64,000 nucleotides of DNA, from NCBI GenBank assembly GCA_043817315.1, contig JBDRGY010000016.1, positions 4,863-68,862 of the forward strand, given 5' to 3'. The notes beneath the pieces were generated by a model that worked only from the letters and a program-made list of their open reading frames with translations, did no database searches and was not told where the DNA came from. Shown here piece after piece: positions 8,203 to 18,561 of the stretch (the first letter of the stretch is position 1; each line of letters starts with the position of its first letter). The position numbers and the translations under genes were made by a program. Origin of the DNA: Patescibacteria group bacterium (lineage in GTDB: Bacteria; Patescibacteriota; Patescibacteriia; JBDRGY01).

Positions 8203-11200
8203 TTATTTTTGCAAATAGATGTCAAGGCTGTTTAACTTCTTGGTGTCTTTGGGCACCTCCAGGCACAATTGAAACAGTTGGTAACCCGGATCCTCCACGT
8301 GCACCTGATACTTCGCCTCATTAATGTTGAAAAAGAAAAATCCAACTTCATTGGTATTGATAGCCCGCTTAACCTTTTGCCCCTCATGGTTAAGGATTAT
8401 GACGTTAGCTCTATCGCGAGGCAATTTTGTCTGGCCGTCTAGGACTATACCCCAATACTTCTTCTTTAGTATCCGGTGTAAGGCCAAACCAACAACAATA
8501 GCTGCCTGCAGTAGTAAGATTAATAGGGCAGATGTTTTGGGCCAAATTGTGAGATAAAGGAAATTAAGGATGAAGTTAACAATAAGAACGATTAAGGCGG
8601 TGTGATACAGTTTTTTGTTTAATCTTTCGATGCCAGGATTTATTTGGCTAATGGGAACATTGATAAAAGGCTGTTTCTCTTTTACTTCTACCACGGCTCC
8701 AATATTACTATGAGGGTATCCTTTTTGAGGAAATCTTTTGACGTAAGCTGAGGGAAAATAGTAGCCAAATTTCCTGGCGGCTAAACCGTAAGTACCTGAT
8801 ATCAAATTGAATCCGTATTTACCTTCAGAGTCGGTAACCGTCTTTTTGACCTCTCCAGTAAGAGTATTGGTAATTTTTACTAAAACTCTGCCCAAGGGCC
8901 GTTTAGTCTGATCGTCATAGACGACACCCCAATAGTTTTTCTTTTCTTTCTTTATTAAGGCTAAAATCCAAAGCCAAAGCCAGAATAACCAAAAAGGAAT
9001 ATCCAGCCAGGTTAATAGACTATTGAATAATAATCCTATTCCCACCAGCAGAAGGAGTATTAATAAGATCAGCCCACTGGTTTCTACTATTCTGGGAAGG
9101 GCATCGTTTATCCTAGAAATCAACTCTTTGAGAAAATTGGGAATTTCCCTGATTGTTCTTTTGGTCTTGTCTATTAACGGTAATTCCGGGTCAGACCAAA
9201 TTTCCTTTATTTTTTCTACGGCCGTCGGTGGTACCGGAACTTCTACCACAAAATTAATTTCATCTGACCACCTACTCGTCACTCCTCGCTCATCAACTGC
9301 CCTGGCAATCACCTTATACTGACCATTTTTTAGCGGCTCCGGTAAATCAATTTGCCAGTTTCCCTTGCTGTCCGACTCTGTTATTAAATCATAGATAATT
9401 TGATCATCCTGAATAATCCTGACACTAATGGTTGCATTGGGAACAGCGATACCCTTTATGGTTATCAGGGGGGTGTCAAAAATCTGTCCGTCATAGGCTG
9501 GCTGAGTAATGGTTGGAGGTGGAATTTCGTATGATTTCTCTGTAATCTCAAAAGTTGTAGCCACCCCACTAATCATATTAGGGGCAGCAGCCGTAACACT
9601 ATAAGTGCCAGTTACGTCAGTCGCCTCTTCTGACAAAGTAGCATCAGCTATACCAAATTGATTTGTGGTTCCCGACAAGGTAATAACTCTTCCGGTGGGC
9701 TTGACGACGTAAAAAGAAACGGTAACACCTGAAACTTTATTGCCGTAACTATCAGTAACTGCCGTTGAAGTAATGGTAATGTTATCTCCGATCAGACCGT
9801 CATGGCCAGAGGCCGTAATTGTGCCAAGTTGGATTCCGGCTACCACGTCGATTTCGGTTTGGCTGCCAAAAATCGTGGGGTCATCTACATCAAGAGCTGT
9901 GACTGAACAAACGCCGACTGAATAGAAAATTACACTGCTTAAAAAGGTATGACTGCCAGAATCAGCTGCGGTAAAGGTGTAGTGTCCTGGCAAGATGGAG
10001 TTACTGCAATCTGAGCTAAAAGAAATTGTCCCGGTATAATCAGTTACGACATTGTTAGCAACATCCAAGGCAACTACTGTTACCTGACTGGCTTGCCCGG
10101 TTGTAATCGGGTCGAGGATGTCTTTTACTTCAAAGTGTGTGATCCCGGGCACTGGAGGTGGAGGGGGCGAAGGGGGCGGAGGTACAACCGGTACGGTAAT
10201 ATCAAAGGTGGTAGCCGTCCCTGTTGTTAAATTATCGGCCACCGCGGTTACACTATAAGCTCCCCCTAAATTTGTATCGGTACCGGCTAAAGTGGCACTG
10301 GCTATTCCAGAACTAGCAGTAGTGCCGGTTAAAGTAACGATGGACCCATCCGGCTTTGCGATATTAAATGTCACTGTTAGTCCGGCTACCCGGTTGCCAA
10401 AAGAGTCCGTTACCACTGAAGAAGTAATGGTGATGCTATCTCCAACCTGACCATCATGGCCGGAGGCGGTAATAGTGCCAGACTGATAGCCGGCAATTAC
10501 ATCGATATCAATTTGACTACCGCTAATCGAGGGGTGGGTTACGTCCGCGGCAGTAACAGCACAGACTCCTGCCCTTAAAAAGGCCACACTGTCAGAGAAA
10601 GTGTGAATCCCGGAATCTGAAGAGGTAAAAGTATAATTGGCGGGTAAGAAATTATTGGAACAATCTGAAGAAAAAGAAATGGTACCGGTGTAGTTGGTTA
10701 CCACCTGGTTATTGCTATCTAAAGCCGTAACGATCACCTGGCTAAAGGCTCCGGCTTCAATAGGATCAGTAATTCCTTCCACCTTTAAGTGAGTGGCCAC
10801 GGGCGGACCGACCAGAGAAGTTATCTCAAAAGTAGTGGCAGCTCCGGTAGTCATGTTGGACGCCGCAGCCGTAACTGCGTAAGTTCCAGCACTACTGGTC
10901 TGGGCTCCTGGTAAAGTTGCTGTAGCAATTCCCGAACTATTAGTGATACCCGTTAGAGTAGCCACTGTGCTATCTGGCTTGGTAATACTAAAAGTAACAG
11001 TAACGCCGGATACAAGATTGTTGTAAGCGTCTTTGACTACCGATGAAGTGATGGTAATATCGTCCCCCACCTGGCCGTCATGACCGGAAGCGGTAATGGT
11101 GCCGGTTTGCTGACCCGCTACCACATCAATATTAGTTTGACTTCCGGTAATTGAAGCGTGGGTGACATCAGTGGCCGTTACCGCACAAACGCTAACCGTA

Positions 11201-12177
11201 TTAAAAGAAACTGCACTGGCAAATGTCTTAGCTCCAGAATCAGCCCCTAGAAAAGTATAATTACTTGGTAGCGTTGCCCCGGCACAATCAGAAGAAAAAG
11301 TGACGGTGCCGGTATAGGCGGTGGCCACGTTATTAAAATTATCCAGGGCAATAACTTCTACATTACTAGTTTGGCCAGCTGTGATCGGGTCGGTAACCCC
11401 GCTGACCTGCAGGTGAGTAGCTGCCCCCGGATTGAGGGTTAAGTCAATTGTTTCCGAAACCGAGCCGCTTAATGCCTTAATGGTTACTGTTCCGCTGACT
11501 GTGCCGGCAGTATAGATTATCTGAGCCTGGCCCGAAGTGGTTGTAGCTGTGCCAGACGATAAAGAACCAGTGCCCGTTTCGATAGAAAAAGTAACTGTAG
11601 TCCCGTCAGCCACTGTATTCCCAAACTGATCGGTTAAAGTGGCAGTAATGGTAGAGGTGTCACTGCCATTAGCAGTCATGCTCAGAGCGCTGGCTGCCAA
11701 ACTAATATTGGCAACTGGACCAGGCAGAACAGTAATGTTGGCCTGGGAGGCGGTAACTCCCGGATTACCTACTTCGGTGACTGTCACCGTCTGTTCGCCA
11801 ACTGTAATTAACCGAACACTATTTATAAATGTGTGGCTGCCACAATCAGTGACCCTGACAAAAGTATAATCCCCTGGCAGCACAACCTGGGCATGGGGAT
11901 CCGTGGTGGTAAAATGAACTGTTTCTTCATAGGGACAGTGTAAGCCCCCTCCGGAGATAATAGCTTCTACCAGTACATTACTGTACTGGCCGGCTGTAAT
12001 CGGGTCGGTAATCCCTGATATTTCTAAATGGTCAAATACGCCAACGATAGACTGATAAAGTTGCGTTTGAGAGCCCTGAATTTTTTCATCCAACTGAAAA
12101 AGTTCCTCGTCTACTAAAAGAGGAACTGATCCTATGAGTAAAGCTAATAATAAAGCTATAAGATGTCGTTTGGACAT
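8203..12177 (-). CDS. Giant cell-surface protein with tandem Ig-like/Big_1 (invasin/intimin-like) modules, Pro-rich linker, and C-terminal region with two carboxypeptidase-regulatory-like domains interleaved with TM helices
   Basis: 1324 aa. N-terminal signal peptide. Three near-identical ~205-aa modules (…ITASGHDGQVGDxITITSSVV…VTF…). PPPPSPPPPPVP linker. C-terminal WGVVYDDQTKRPLGRVLV…GKYGF and WGIVLDGQTKLPRDRANV… beta-sandwich-like domains, each followed by hydrophobic segments. Confidence 0.8.
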   Translation of the reverse strand: MSKRHLIALLLALLIGSVPLLVDEELFQLDEKIQGSQTQLYQSIVGVFDHLEISGITDPITAGQYSNVLVEAIISGGGLHCPYEETVHFTTTDPHAQVVLPGDYTFVRVTDCGSHTFINSVRLITVGEQTVTVTEVGNPGVTASQANITVLPGPVANISLAASALSMTANGSDTSTITATLTDQFGNTVADGTTVTFSIETGTGSLSSGTATTTSGQAQIIYTAGTVSGTVTIKALSGSVSETIDLTLNPGAATHLQVSGVTDPITAGQTSNVEVIALDNFNNVATAYTGTVTFSSDCAGATLPSNYTFLGADSGAKTFASAVSFNTVSVCAVTATDVTHASITGSQTNIDVVAGQQTGTITASGHDGQVGDDITITSSVVKDAYNNLVSGVTVTFSITKPDSTVATLTGITNSSGIATATLPGAQTSSAGTYAVTAAASNMTTGAATTFEITSLVGPPVATHLKVEGITDPIEAGAFSQVIVTALDSNNQVVTNYTGTISFSSDCSNNFLPANYTFTSSDSGIHTFSDSVAFLRAGVCAVTAADVTHPSISGSQIDIDVIAGYQSGTITASGHDGQVGDSITITSSVVTDSFGNRVAGLTVTFNIAKPDGSIVTLTGTTASSGIASATLAGTDTNLGGAYSVTAVADNLTTGTATTFDITVPVVPPPPSPPPPPVPGITHFEVKDILDPITTGQASQVTVVALDVANNVVTDYTGTISFSSDCSNSILPGHYTFTAADSGSHTFLSSVIFYSVGVCSVTALDVDDPTIFGSQTEIDVVAGIQLGTITASGHDGLIGDNITITSTAVTDSYGNKVSGVTVSFYVVKPTGRVITLSGTTNQFGIADATLSEEATDVTGTYSVTAAAPNMISGVATTFEITEKSYEIPPPTITQPAYDGQIFDTPLITIKGIAVPNATISVRIIQDDQIIYDLITESDSKGNWQIDLPEPLKNGQYKVIARAVDERGVTSRWSDEINFVVEVPVPPTAVEKIKEIWSDPELPLIDKTKRTIREIPNFLKELISRINDALPRIVETSGLILLILLLLVGIGLLFNSLLTWLDIPFWLFWLWLWILALIKKEKKNYWGVVYDDQTKRPLGRVLVKITNTLTGEVKKTVTDSEGKYGFNLISGTYGLAARKFGYYFPSAYVKRFPQKGYPHSNIGAVVEVKEKQPFINVPISQINPGIERLNKKLYHTALIVLIVNFILNFLYLTIWPKTSALLILLLQAAIVVGLALHRILKKKYWGIVLDGQTKLPRDRANVIILNHEGQKVKRAINTNEVGFFFFNINEAKYQVHVEDPGYQLFQLCLEVPKDTKKLNSLDIYLQK
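9520..11430. repeat. Three tandem ~650-bp coding repeats inside the giant surface-protein gene. A fourth divergent copy lies near 11700-12020
   Basis: Protein-level modules aa ~250-455, 455-680 and 680-885 are 60-80 percent identical. Nucleotide blocks visibly recur (e.g. ...ccatcatggccggaggcggtaat...). Confidence 0.7.
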
Positions 12178-12240
12178 TTGGGCCTTTTTATGTTTTTATT
12201 TTGGTTTCTGTGCTTATTATACCAGATTTTTGGGAAAAAA

Positions 12241-14406
12241 TCAATTCCTACGGTATATTCTCAAACTATTGGAGATAACCGTCACGTCAGAGAACCCCAT
12301 GGCCAAGGCCGCCACCATCGGATTGACAAAGCCTAAAATGGCCAGGGGAATGGCTAAGACATTATAGAAGAAGGCCCAGAAAAGATTTTGTTTGATAATC
12401 TTAAAAGTTTTTTGAGATAACTTTATGGCTTCTGCAATTTTTATGGGATTACTTTGCATTAGTATAATGTTCCCTGATTCTTTGGCAATGTCGGTCCCCT
12501 TGCCCATGGCAATGCCTAAGTCAGCTTGGACCAAGGAAGGGGCGTCGTTAATGCCATCGCCGGCAAAGACTACTTTTTCTCCCTCTTCTTGTAATTGCTT
12601 TACTTTCTGAGATTTCTGATCTGGTAAAACCTCAGCCAAAACATTTCTTATGCCTAACTTCTTGGCTACCGATTGAGCCGTATTTTTATTATCTCCGGTT
12701 ATCATAATTTCTTTCAATCCCATCTTCTTTATCTCCGCAATGGTATGAGCTGCTGTTCCTCGGACAGTATCGGCCAGGGCGATTAATCCGATTACTTTTC
12801 CCTCCAAAACCACAAAAACAGCGGTGTTACCTTCTTTCTCCAGAATCGTTTTCCGATTTATAACTTCTTGGTTTAATTCAATAGTATTCTCCTGCAACAA
12901 ATTTTTTGTGCCGATTATCATTTTCTTATTATCAACGTGACCGATCACCCCTTTGCCACTTATTACCTTAAAATCAGTCACCGGCAATAACTCGATTTTT
13001 TGCTTTTTAGCTTTTTGGTAAATAGCTTGAGCTAAAGGATGTTCTGAGTTTTTTTCTAAAGAAGCGGCTAAACGCAACAATTCTTTGGAATCAAAAGTGT
13101 TGTCTATTGGCGAAATCTTTTTTACTTCAACTTCTCCCTTAGTCAAAGTGCCTGTTTTGTCAAAAACTACAGTCGTTATGTTTTTGGCCCGTTCAAAACT
13201 TTCACCGTCTTTAATCAAAATTCCTGACCTGGCCCCCACACCCGAGCCAACCATTATAGCAATAGGCGTAGCAATGCCCAGGGCACAAGGACAAGCAATA
13301 ATTAAAACAGAAACAGCCGGAATTATTGCCTCGGTAATGTCATTTTTAAAGAAAAACCAACCGACAAAGGTGAGAATGGCAACTGCTATTACGATCGGAA
13401 CAAATATACCAGAAATTTTATCCGCTAATTTCTGTACTGGCGCTTTGTAAGCCTGGGCCTCTTCCACTGTTTTTATTATCTGAGCCAATACAGTGCCCGA
13501 ACCCACTTGGCTGACTTTTATTTTCAAGACTCCGTCCTGATTGATGGTTCCCCCAAATACTTGATCGTCAACAACTTTGGTTACTGGTAAACTTTCTCCG
13601 GTCAACATCGATTCATCAACTCCGGAAGATCCGTCTATTACTATTCCATCCAGCGGAATCTTCTCGCTTGGTTTGATCAACAAAATATTTCCGATATCAA
13701 TCTGATCAACTTCCACTTCTCTTTCCTGACCATTGTTATCAATTAATCTGGCCTTTTTAGCACCCAATTCCATTAATTTTTTCATGGCTAAAGAAGCCTT
13801 GCCCTTGGTTTTTATCTCCATATAGCGGCCCAGCAAGATCAAGGTGGTGATAGTGGCGGCTCCCTCAAAATACTCAGGGTGGCCAGCTATTATTGCCCAA
13901 ACGCTGTAAATAAAGGCAGTTAACGTCCCCAGGGAAATTAGAGTGTCCATGTTGGCCTTGAATCTTTTGAGTTGCTTCAACATTCCCACATGGAATTGCC
14001 AACCAAAAACAAAGACAATGATGCCGGTAACAATCATCAGAATCCAGTCGGTATATTCAATCCCAGCCAGTTGACCAACTATCTCCCACGACCAAAACAT
14101 CCGAATAAATATCGGTATGGTCAGGGCTGCTGATATTAAAACTTTGATTAATTCTTTTCGTTCTTCTTGGTTTTTTGCTGATTTCTCTTCGCTTGGCTCC
14201 TCGACAGTATAGCCCGCATCTTTAATAACCATCTTTAACCCTTCCAGTTTGATTGCTGATTCATCGTATTCAACCATGGCCTTGCCTGTGGCGAAATTAA
14301 CGCTGCTGGTTTTAACACCCCCCGCTTTCTTTAAGGCCTTATCAATACTAACGGCACAAGCCGCACAATGCATATCTTGGATTTTTAATACAGTTTTTTC
14401 TGCCAT
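12241..14406 (-). CDS. copA: Copper-translocating P1B-type ATPase
   Basis: N-terminal HMA domain [11 protein letters not shown] transmembrane metal site ([12 protein letters not shown]). DKTGTLT phosphorylation site. GDGINDAP hinge. Confidence 0.92.
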   Translation of the reverse strand: MAEKTVLKIQDMHCAACAVSIDKALKKAGGVKTSSVNFATGKAMVEYDESAIKLEGLKMVIKDAGYTVEEPSEEKSAKNQEERKELIKVLISAALTIPIFIRMFWSWEIVGQLAGIEYTDWILMIVTGIIVFVFGWQFHVGMLKQLKRFKANMDTLISLGTLTAFIYSVWAIIAGHPEYFEGAATITTLILLGRYMEIKTKGKASLAMKKLMELGAKKARLIDNNGQEREVEVDQIDIGNILLIKPSEKIPLDGIVIDGSSGVDESMLTGESLPVTKVVDDQVFGGTINQDGVLKIKVSQVGSGTVLAQIIKTVEEAQAYKAPVQKLADKISGIFVPIVIAVAILTFVGWFFFKNDITEAIIPAVSVLIIACPCALGIATPIAIMVGSGVGARSGILIKDGESFERAKNITTVVFDKTGTLTKGEVEVKKISPIDNTFDSKELLRLAASLEKNSEHPLAQAIYQKAKKQKIELLPVTDFKVISGKGVIGHVDNKKMIIGTKNLLQENTIELNQEVINRKTILEKEGNTAVFVVLEGKVIGLIALADTVRGTAAHTIAEIKKMGLKEIMITGDNKNTAQSVAKKLGIRNVLAEVLPDQKSQKVKQLQEEGEKVVFAGDGINDAPSLVQADLGIAMGKGTDIAKESGNIILMQSNPIKIAEAIKLSQKTFKIIKQNLFWAFFYNVLAIPLAILGFVNPMVAALAMGFSDVTVISNSLRIYRRN

Positions 14407-14431
14407 ATGTTTTTAATAAATAAGCACGTTA

Positions 14432-14460
14432 CTGGGAATAAACCAAGGGCTTATTCCCAG
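14432..14460 (-). terminator. Perfect 10-bp-stem hairpin between the HMA-DsbA gene and copA (partial terminator/attenuator)
   Basis: ctgggaataa-accaagggc-ttattcccag. On the minus strand it is followed by an A/T-rich stretch. Confidence 0.4.
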
Positions 14461-14526
14461 CCACCTAATTATTTTTAACAACAAGGATCCATGTTATTGT
14501 CTCCTTATATTAATTTTTTAACGACC

Positions 14527-15543
14527 TTATTCCTCATTTAGTATGCTGTCGATAAGGGATTGCATCTGGTCATAAGGCAAGGCCCCTGGCACTAATTGAC
14601 CGTTAATTATATTGCCCGGTGTTCCAGAGACCCCCACATTACCTCCTCCTTGAAAATCACCGTCTACCTTGGAGGCATATTTATCCGAATCAACACAATC
14701 ATCGAACTGACTTGTATTAAGGCCCATGTCTTTAGCTGCTTGTTTCAGATATGAAGGAGTAATGCTGGATTGGTTGGCAAACAGCTCGTCAGTGTACTCC
14801 CAGAATTTGTCTTGATCAGCCGCACACTCCGAAGCTTCGGCTGCATCCCTGGCATAAGAATGGAGAGAGTCTAGGGGGAAGTGTTTATAGATCCATCGGA
14901 CATCGTTGGGATAATTGGCCATTACTTGCTTCATAGTATCGTGGAATTTGCTACAGTACGGGCACTGGAAATCTGAATATTCTACGATGGTAACCGGCGC
15001 GTTAAAATCCCCTCTGATATGATCATCTTGGGTAACTTCGACATCAACAACAGTTGGCGAAGGAGTGGGACTGGGTGATGGAGAAGGGACCGGTGTAGGA
15101 TCTGCCACAGCAACATTATCTCCAGCTACCTGTGGCGTACCACTTGCTGAATCGCCCTCGTTTGAGTTCATTCCTAATACCACAAAAAAACCAACAGTCG
15201 AAATTACTGATATACCAATCAATGCCCCAAGGATCATTGCCTTCTTTGGTGAGTCGGTACTTTGTTCTATACCTTCATCACCGTCTGTTGTCTCACTTCT
15301 TCTATCAATTTTTTCTTCCGCTCCTTCCACCTCGTAGTCCCCCGCTTGTTCAACCACTTGATGAATTTCAGATTCTTTAATCTTTTGTTCGTTATAAAAT
15401 ACAGAACCCTTCCCTGAATCATAGTTTACTTTTACTCTGTCAATTCCTGGTTTATTTTTTAATCTTTCCTCGATTAAAAGAGCACAGGAATTGCAGTGCA
15501 TGCCTTGGATTTTGAAAGTTGTTTTTTGCATAGTTTTATTCAT
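14527..15543 (-). CDS. Fusion protein: cytoplasmic HMA metal-binding domain, TM anchor, Pro/Ser/Thr linker, extracytoplasmic DsbA-like thioredoxin domain
   Basis: MHCNSCALLIEERL (HMA MxCxxC). One hydrophobic helix. PTPVPSPSPSPTPSPT linker. DsbA-type active site FQCPYCSKFH and C-terminal SGTP motif. Confidence 0.75.
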   Translation of the reverse strand: MNKTMQKTTFKIQGMHCNSCALLIEERLKNKPGIDRVKVNYDSGKGSVFYNEQKIKESEIHQVVEQAGDYEVEGAEEKIDRRSETTDGDEGIEQSTDSPKKAMILGALIGISVISTVGFFVVLGMNSNEGDSASGTPQVAGDNVAVADPTPVPSPSPSPTPSPTVVDVEVTQDDHIRGDFNAPVTIVEYSDFQCPYCSKFHDTMKQVMANYPNDVRWIYKHFPLDSLHSYARDAAEASECAADQDKFWEYTDELFANQSSITPSYLKQAAKDMGLNTSQFDDCVDSDKYASKVDGDFQGGGNVGVSGTPGNIINGQLVPGALPYDQMQSLIDSILNEE

Positions 15544-15563
15544 TAATCATTTTATTAATTAAA

Positions 15564-17069
15564 TTATTTTTGTTTAACCCTTGCACAACCACACCCTCCT
15601 TGCTGAGCAGCGGCACAATCTCCTCCACACGAACCATCTCCTGAGCAACCCGAGCCGGCTGGCAGATCAACTGCCTCCAGCTCCAAATCTCCTTGGGACG
15701 GTTTAGCGTCATTTTCTGTTACCACGAATTTCCCCCAAACCATCTGCATCCAGCAGCTGAACTTGAGATCTCCTAATTCATCGGGTGTAAATTCAATGAC
15801 ATTTTCTCCATACTCTAGTGGTTTTCTAATGTTATATGTCGGCATGATAATTTCATCTGTACAACCACTCATCTGTTTCACATCAATAATCCAGCGAACC
15901 GGTATATCTTTCTTTACATACATTACATTCGGCGAATACCCCCGGTAAGTCAGCTCCATTTTGGCCACTTGATATTCTTCCACGTCTCCGGTTATTAAAT
16001 ATTCGGTTTGGCTAACTTCTTCCTGCGAAACAAAACCTCTAAAACCGTAGCCGAAATTGATCATGCCTCTGTTCAACATAAATAGTCCTAAAATTATTAC
16101 TATCGCTCCAGATATTTTCATCACTTGTTTAATCCGCTGCCGGCTAATCAGTGAAATGAAAGCACCAAACCCGAACATCAAAGGGACAGTGCCCAGGGCA
16201 TAAACCCCCATCGACAAAGCTCCTCTGGTGATACTGCCAGAAGCTAAAGCGTATATCTGCATGGCCTGTAAAGGTCCGCAGGGCATAAAACCATTTAGCA
16301 ACCCGATAATGAATGGCCCTTTGGGCTTTTTGGTGTGTCGCTGTTTAAAAAGAAAACGTGCAATAAACGAAGGGGTTTTTAGTTTTAGTTTCTGCAGCCA
16401 TCGAAACTCAGTGACCAGAGACAAGCCCATTAATACCATAAAACCGCCAGCCACTAAGGTAACCGTTCCAGTAAAAGTGGGATTGATCGCGAAAAACGAC
16501 CCAAAGCCACCTAAGATACCTCCAATTACGCTATATGAAATGAGCCGCCCTAGATTATACTGCCAGTGAGGTAGAGACGATTTTACTTTATGGTCTTTGT
16601 TGTCAGCTTGATGTTTGGCAGTATAAGTAACCACCAAACCTCCACACATGCCTACACAATGAAAACTGACCAAAAGACCAATCACAAATATTAACCAATA
16701 ACCGATTCTTTCTTCGTTTAATTTGGAAAGAATTTCTAAAACGCCGAATTGTTTTATTAAATAATAGCCTAAGACAAAAACAATTAATAAGATCCCGGCA
16801 ATAATGAATCTTTTGGGAATGTTTAATTTTTTTCGTGGCCCTGTTCTGCCTACGATTTTATCCTTTACTTGATAATCAAGTTTACTGATTGCCTCAAAAA
16901 TTTTCTTTTTGGAAATTTTCTGATCATCGTACTCTATCAGACATGCTCCTGTTTGATGGTTGACTTCAATATCCTTTACACCTCCTAAAACATCTACTTC
17001 TGTTTCAATTAAGGTTTTGCAACCTTTGCAGTAAGTTCCCTCTATTTGGATGTTTATTTTTTTTAGCAT
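15564..17069 (-). CDS. HMA-like N-terminal domain fused to a DsbD_2-like polytopic membrane domain and a C-terminal cupredoxin-like domain with a Cys/Gly-rich tail
   Basis: N-terminal YCKGC ferredoxin-like domain. Membrane core with HCVGMCGG and MPCGP motifs. Soluble beta-rich C-terminus. Tail GSGCSGDGSCGGDCAAAQQGGCGCA. Confidence 0.6.
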   Translation of the reverse strand: MLKKINIQIEGTYCKGCKTLIETEVDVLGGVKDIEVNHQTGACLIEYDDQKISKKKIFEAISKLDYQVKDKIVGRTGPRKKLNIPKRFIIAGILLIVFVLGYYLIKQFGVLEILSKLNEERIGYWLIFVIGLLVSFHCVGMCGGLVVTYTAKHQADNKDHKVKSSLPHWQYNLGRLISYSVIGGILGGFGSFFAINPTFTGTVTLVAGGFMVLMGLSLVTEFRWLQKLKLKTPSFIARFLFKQRHTKKPKGPFIIGLLNGFMPCGPLQAMQIYALASGSITRGALSMGVYALGTVPLMFGFGAFISLISRQRIKQVMKISGAIVIILGLFMLNRGMINFGYGFRGFVSQEEVSQTEYLITGDVEEYQVAKMELTYRGYSPNVMYVKKDIPVRWIIDVKQMSGCTDEIIMPTYNIRKPLEYGENVIEFTPDELGDLKFSCWMQMVWGKFVVTENDAKPSQGDLELEAVDLPAGSGCSGDGSCGGDCAAAQQGGCGCARVKQK

Positions 17070-17077
17070 GGTATTGA

Positions 17078-17893
17078 TTAAAAAAGTTCAGCCACTTGTT
17101 CTATATCTGATTGGTCAATGGCTAGCTTGCCGTTTACAACTTGCAAATTGGGATTTATCGGCCCGGGGTTGCAGCCACCTTTTTCTGATGCAATTTTGGT
17201 TAACGGATATTGATTCCCACACGTTTTGCAAATCATATTATCTCCCTGTTGGTAAAAACCCATTCGTGTATCAAAACAAACCTGGCAAGCATTGGCAGCT
17301 GCCCGATAAATTCCATTTTTATCTTTGACTACAAAAAAGTAAACGATTTTTTCACTAGGCATCTCTACATTATAAAAGTGGGCTTTTCCGTCATCAAGCG
17401 TGCTGGCTGTCACACTTACTTGTTTATTTTCCAGAGTAACTTTCTCTCCCTGCTCCCCTGTAAAATCAGGCTGGGTGGCTTGGCTTCCTTTTACGTTATT
17501 AACATTTTGAGCGGCTGATGATTTACTTTGATTGGAATCTCCTTGTCCGGAACTGAATAGCCAATAACCCGAAACTAGAACAACCAATGTCACTCCGGCA
17601 ATAATCAATCTTTTGGGTGTAAACATTTGTTTTTTTTGCTTGGCTTCATTTTGTTTTTTTTGTTCAGGCTTGTTCACGGGTTTCCCTTTGACTCGATAAT
17701 CGAGTTTATTGATTTCTTCAAAAATCTTCTTTTTAGAAATTTTCTGATCATCAAATTCTGCCCAAGCTTCTCCTGTCCCAGAATCAACCTCGATGTTATT
17801 TACTCCTTCCAGTACATTTATCTCGGTTTCTATCTTGGTTTTACATTTTTGGCAATGAGTTCCTTCTATTTGAATATTTATTGTTTTAAGCAT
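17078..17893 (-). CDS. HMA-like N-terminal domain fused via a TM helix to an extracytoplasmic CxxC...CxxC domain
   Basis: N-terminus MLKTINIQIEGTHCQKCKTKIE is about 65 percent identical to the N-terminus of the preceding gene. C-terminal CQVCFD...CKTCGNQYP Cys pairs. Confidence 0.55.
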   Translation of the reverse strand: MLKTINIQIEGTHCQKCKTKIETEINVLEGVNNIEVDSGTGEAWAEFDDQKISKKKIFEEINKLDYRVKGKPVNKPEQKKQNEAKQKKQMFTPKRLIIAGVTLVVLVSGYWLFSSGQGDSNQSKSSAAQNVNNVKGSQATQPDFTGEQGEKVTLENKQVSVTASTLDDGKAHFYNVEMPSEKIVYFFVVKDKNGIYRAAANACQVCFDTRMGFYQQGDNMICKTCGNQYPLTKIASEKGGCNPGPINPNLQVVNGKLAIDQSDIEQVAELF

Positions 17894-17899
17894 ATATTT

Positions 17900-18265
17900 T
17901 TACTCACACTTATTACTTGTAAATTCGCAAGATGAGCCAGTGTCTCTAATTAAACCACTTTGACACTGCGGACATGGCTTCTCTCCCCTAGCGATGAATT
18001 GATCACAGGCACAGGTGCCTGCCTGATGATTATTCCATTGGTTGGCTTCCATGAAACACATAGTACAGGGAGGATTAATACAGCATCCATAATCTCCAGC
18101 TGCTACCGCCTTGCTTATAGCTAAGTCTCTTTCTTCGATTATCCTACTTAACATTTCGCCTGGGCCCAAGTTTTCAAAAGCAGGATTCATAATTGTTAAA
18201 ATTAGAAATCCAATTACTCCCCCTATTAGAAACATCGTCAACCAGGTAAGAATTTTCTTAGTCAT
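17900..18265 (-). CDS. Membrane-anchored Cys-rich putative metal-binding protein (PCYCGC-like motif)
   Basis: 121 aa. N-terminal TM helix. 12 Cys including GCCINPPCTMC, TCAC and PCPQC. Confidence 0.45.
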   Translation of the reverse strand: MTKKILTWLTMFLIGGVIGFLILTIMNPAFENLGPGEMLSRIIEERDLAISKAVAAGDYGCCINPPCTMCFMEANQWNNHQAGTCACDQFIARGEKPCPQCQSGLIRDTGSSCEFTSNKCE

Positions 18266-18267
18266 GA

Positions 18268-18546
18268 TTACTTATTAAATAATTTGGTGACGGTTAAAAT
18301 TTCTTTAACCATCTCCTGTTTTCTTTTCTCGTTGGTTGTGCCCATAGCTTTTTTGAAGCAAGTATCGAGATGGTTTTCCATCAACATTTGATGGGCTGAT
18401 TTTAATAGCCCAATAACCGCTAAGTTTTGTTGCATAATGTCTATGCAATATTCATTGTCCTCAAGCATCTGGACAATTTTTGCGATGTGGCTCTGGGCTT
18501 TTTTAAAATTGATCAACGATTTCTCTTTGTGTTTGGTCATAGTCAT
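18268..18546 (-). CDS. csoR: CsoR/RcnR-family metal-sensing transcriptional repressor
   Basis: 92 aa, all-helical DUF156-type. Conserved Cys (YCIDIM), His (SAHQMLMENH) and Cys (DTC) in Cu(I)-CsoR positions. Confidence 0.85.
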   Translation of the reverse strand: MTMTKHKEKSLINFKKAQSHIAKIVQMLEDNEYCIDIMQQNLAVIGLLKSAHQMLMENHLDTCFKKAMGTTNEKRKQEMVKEILTVTKLFNK

Positions 18547-18561
18547 AAAATCAATGCTTAA

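Noticed and set aside
8324-11869. Several 76-99 aa plus-strand ORFs (8324, 9023, 11639)
   Set aside because: Antisense shadows inside the 1324-aa surface-protein gene. Ser/Thr-rich translations mirror the repeat composition.
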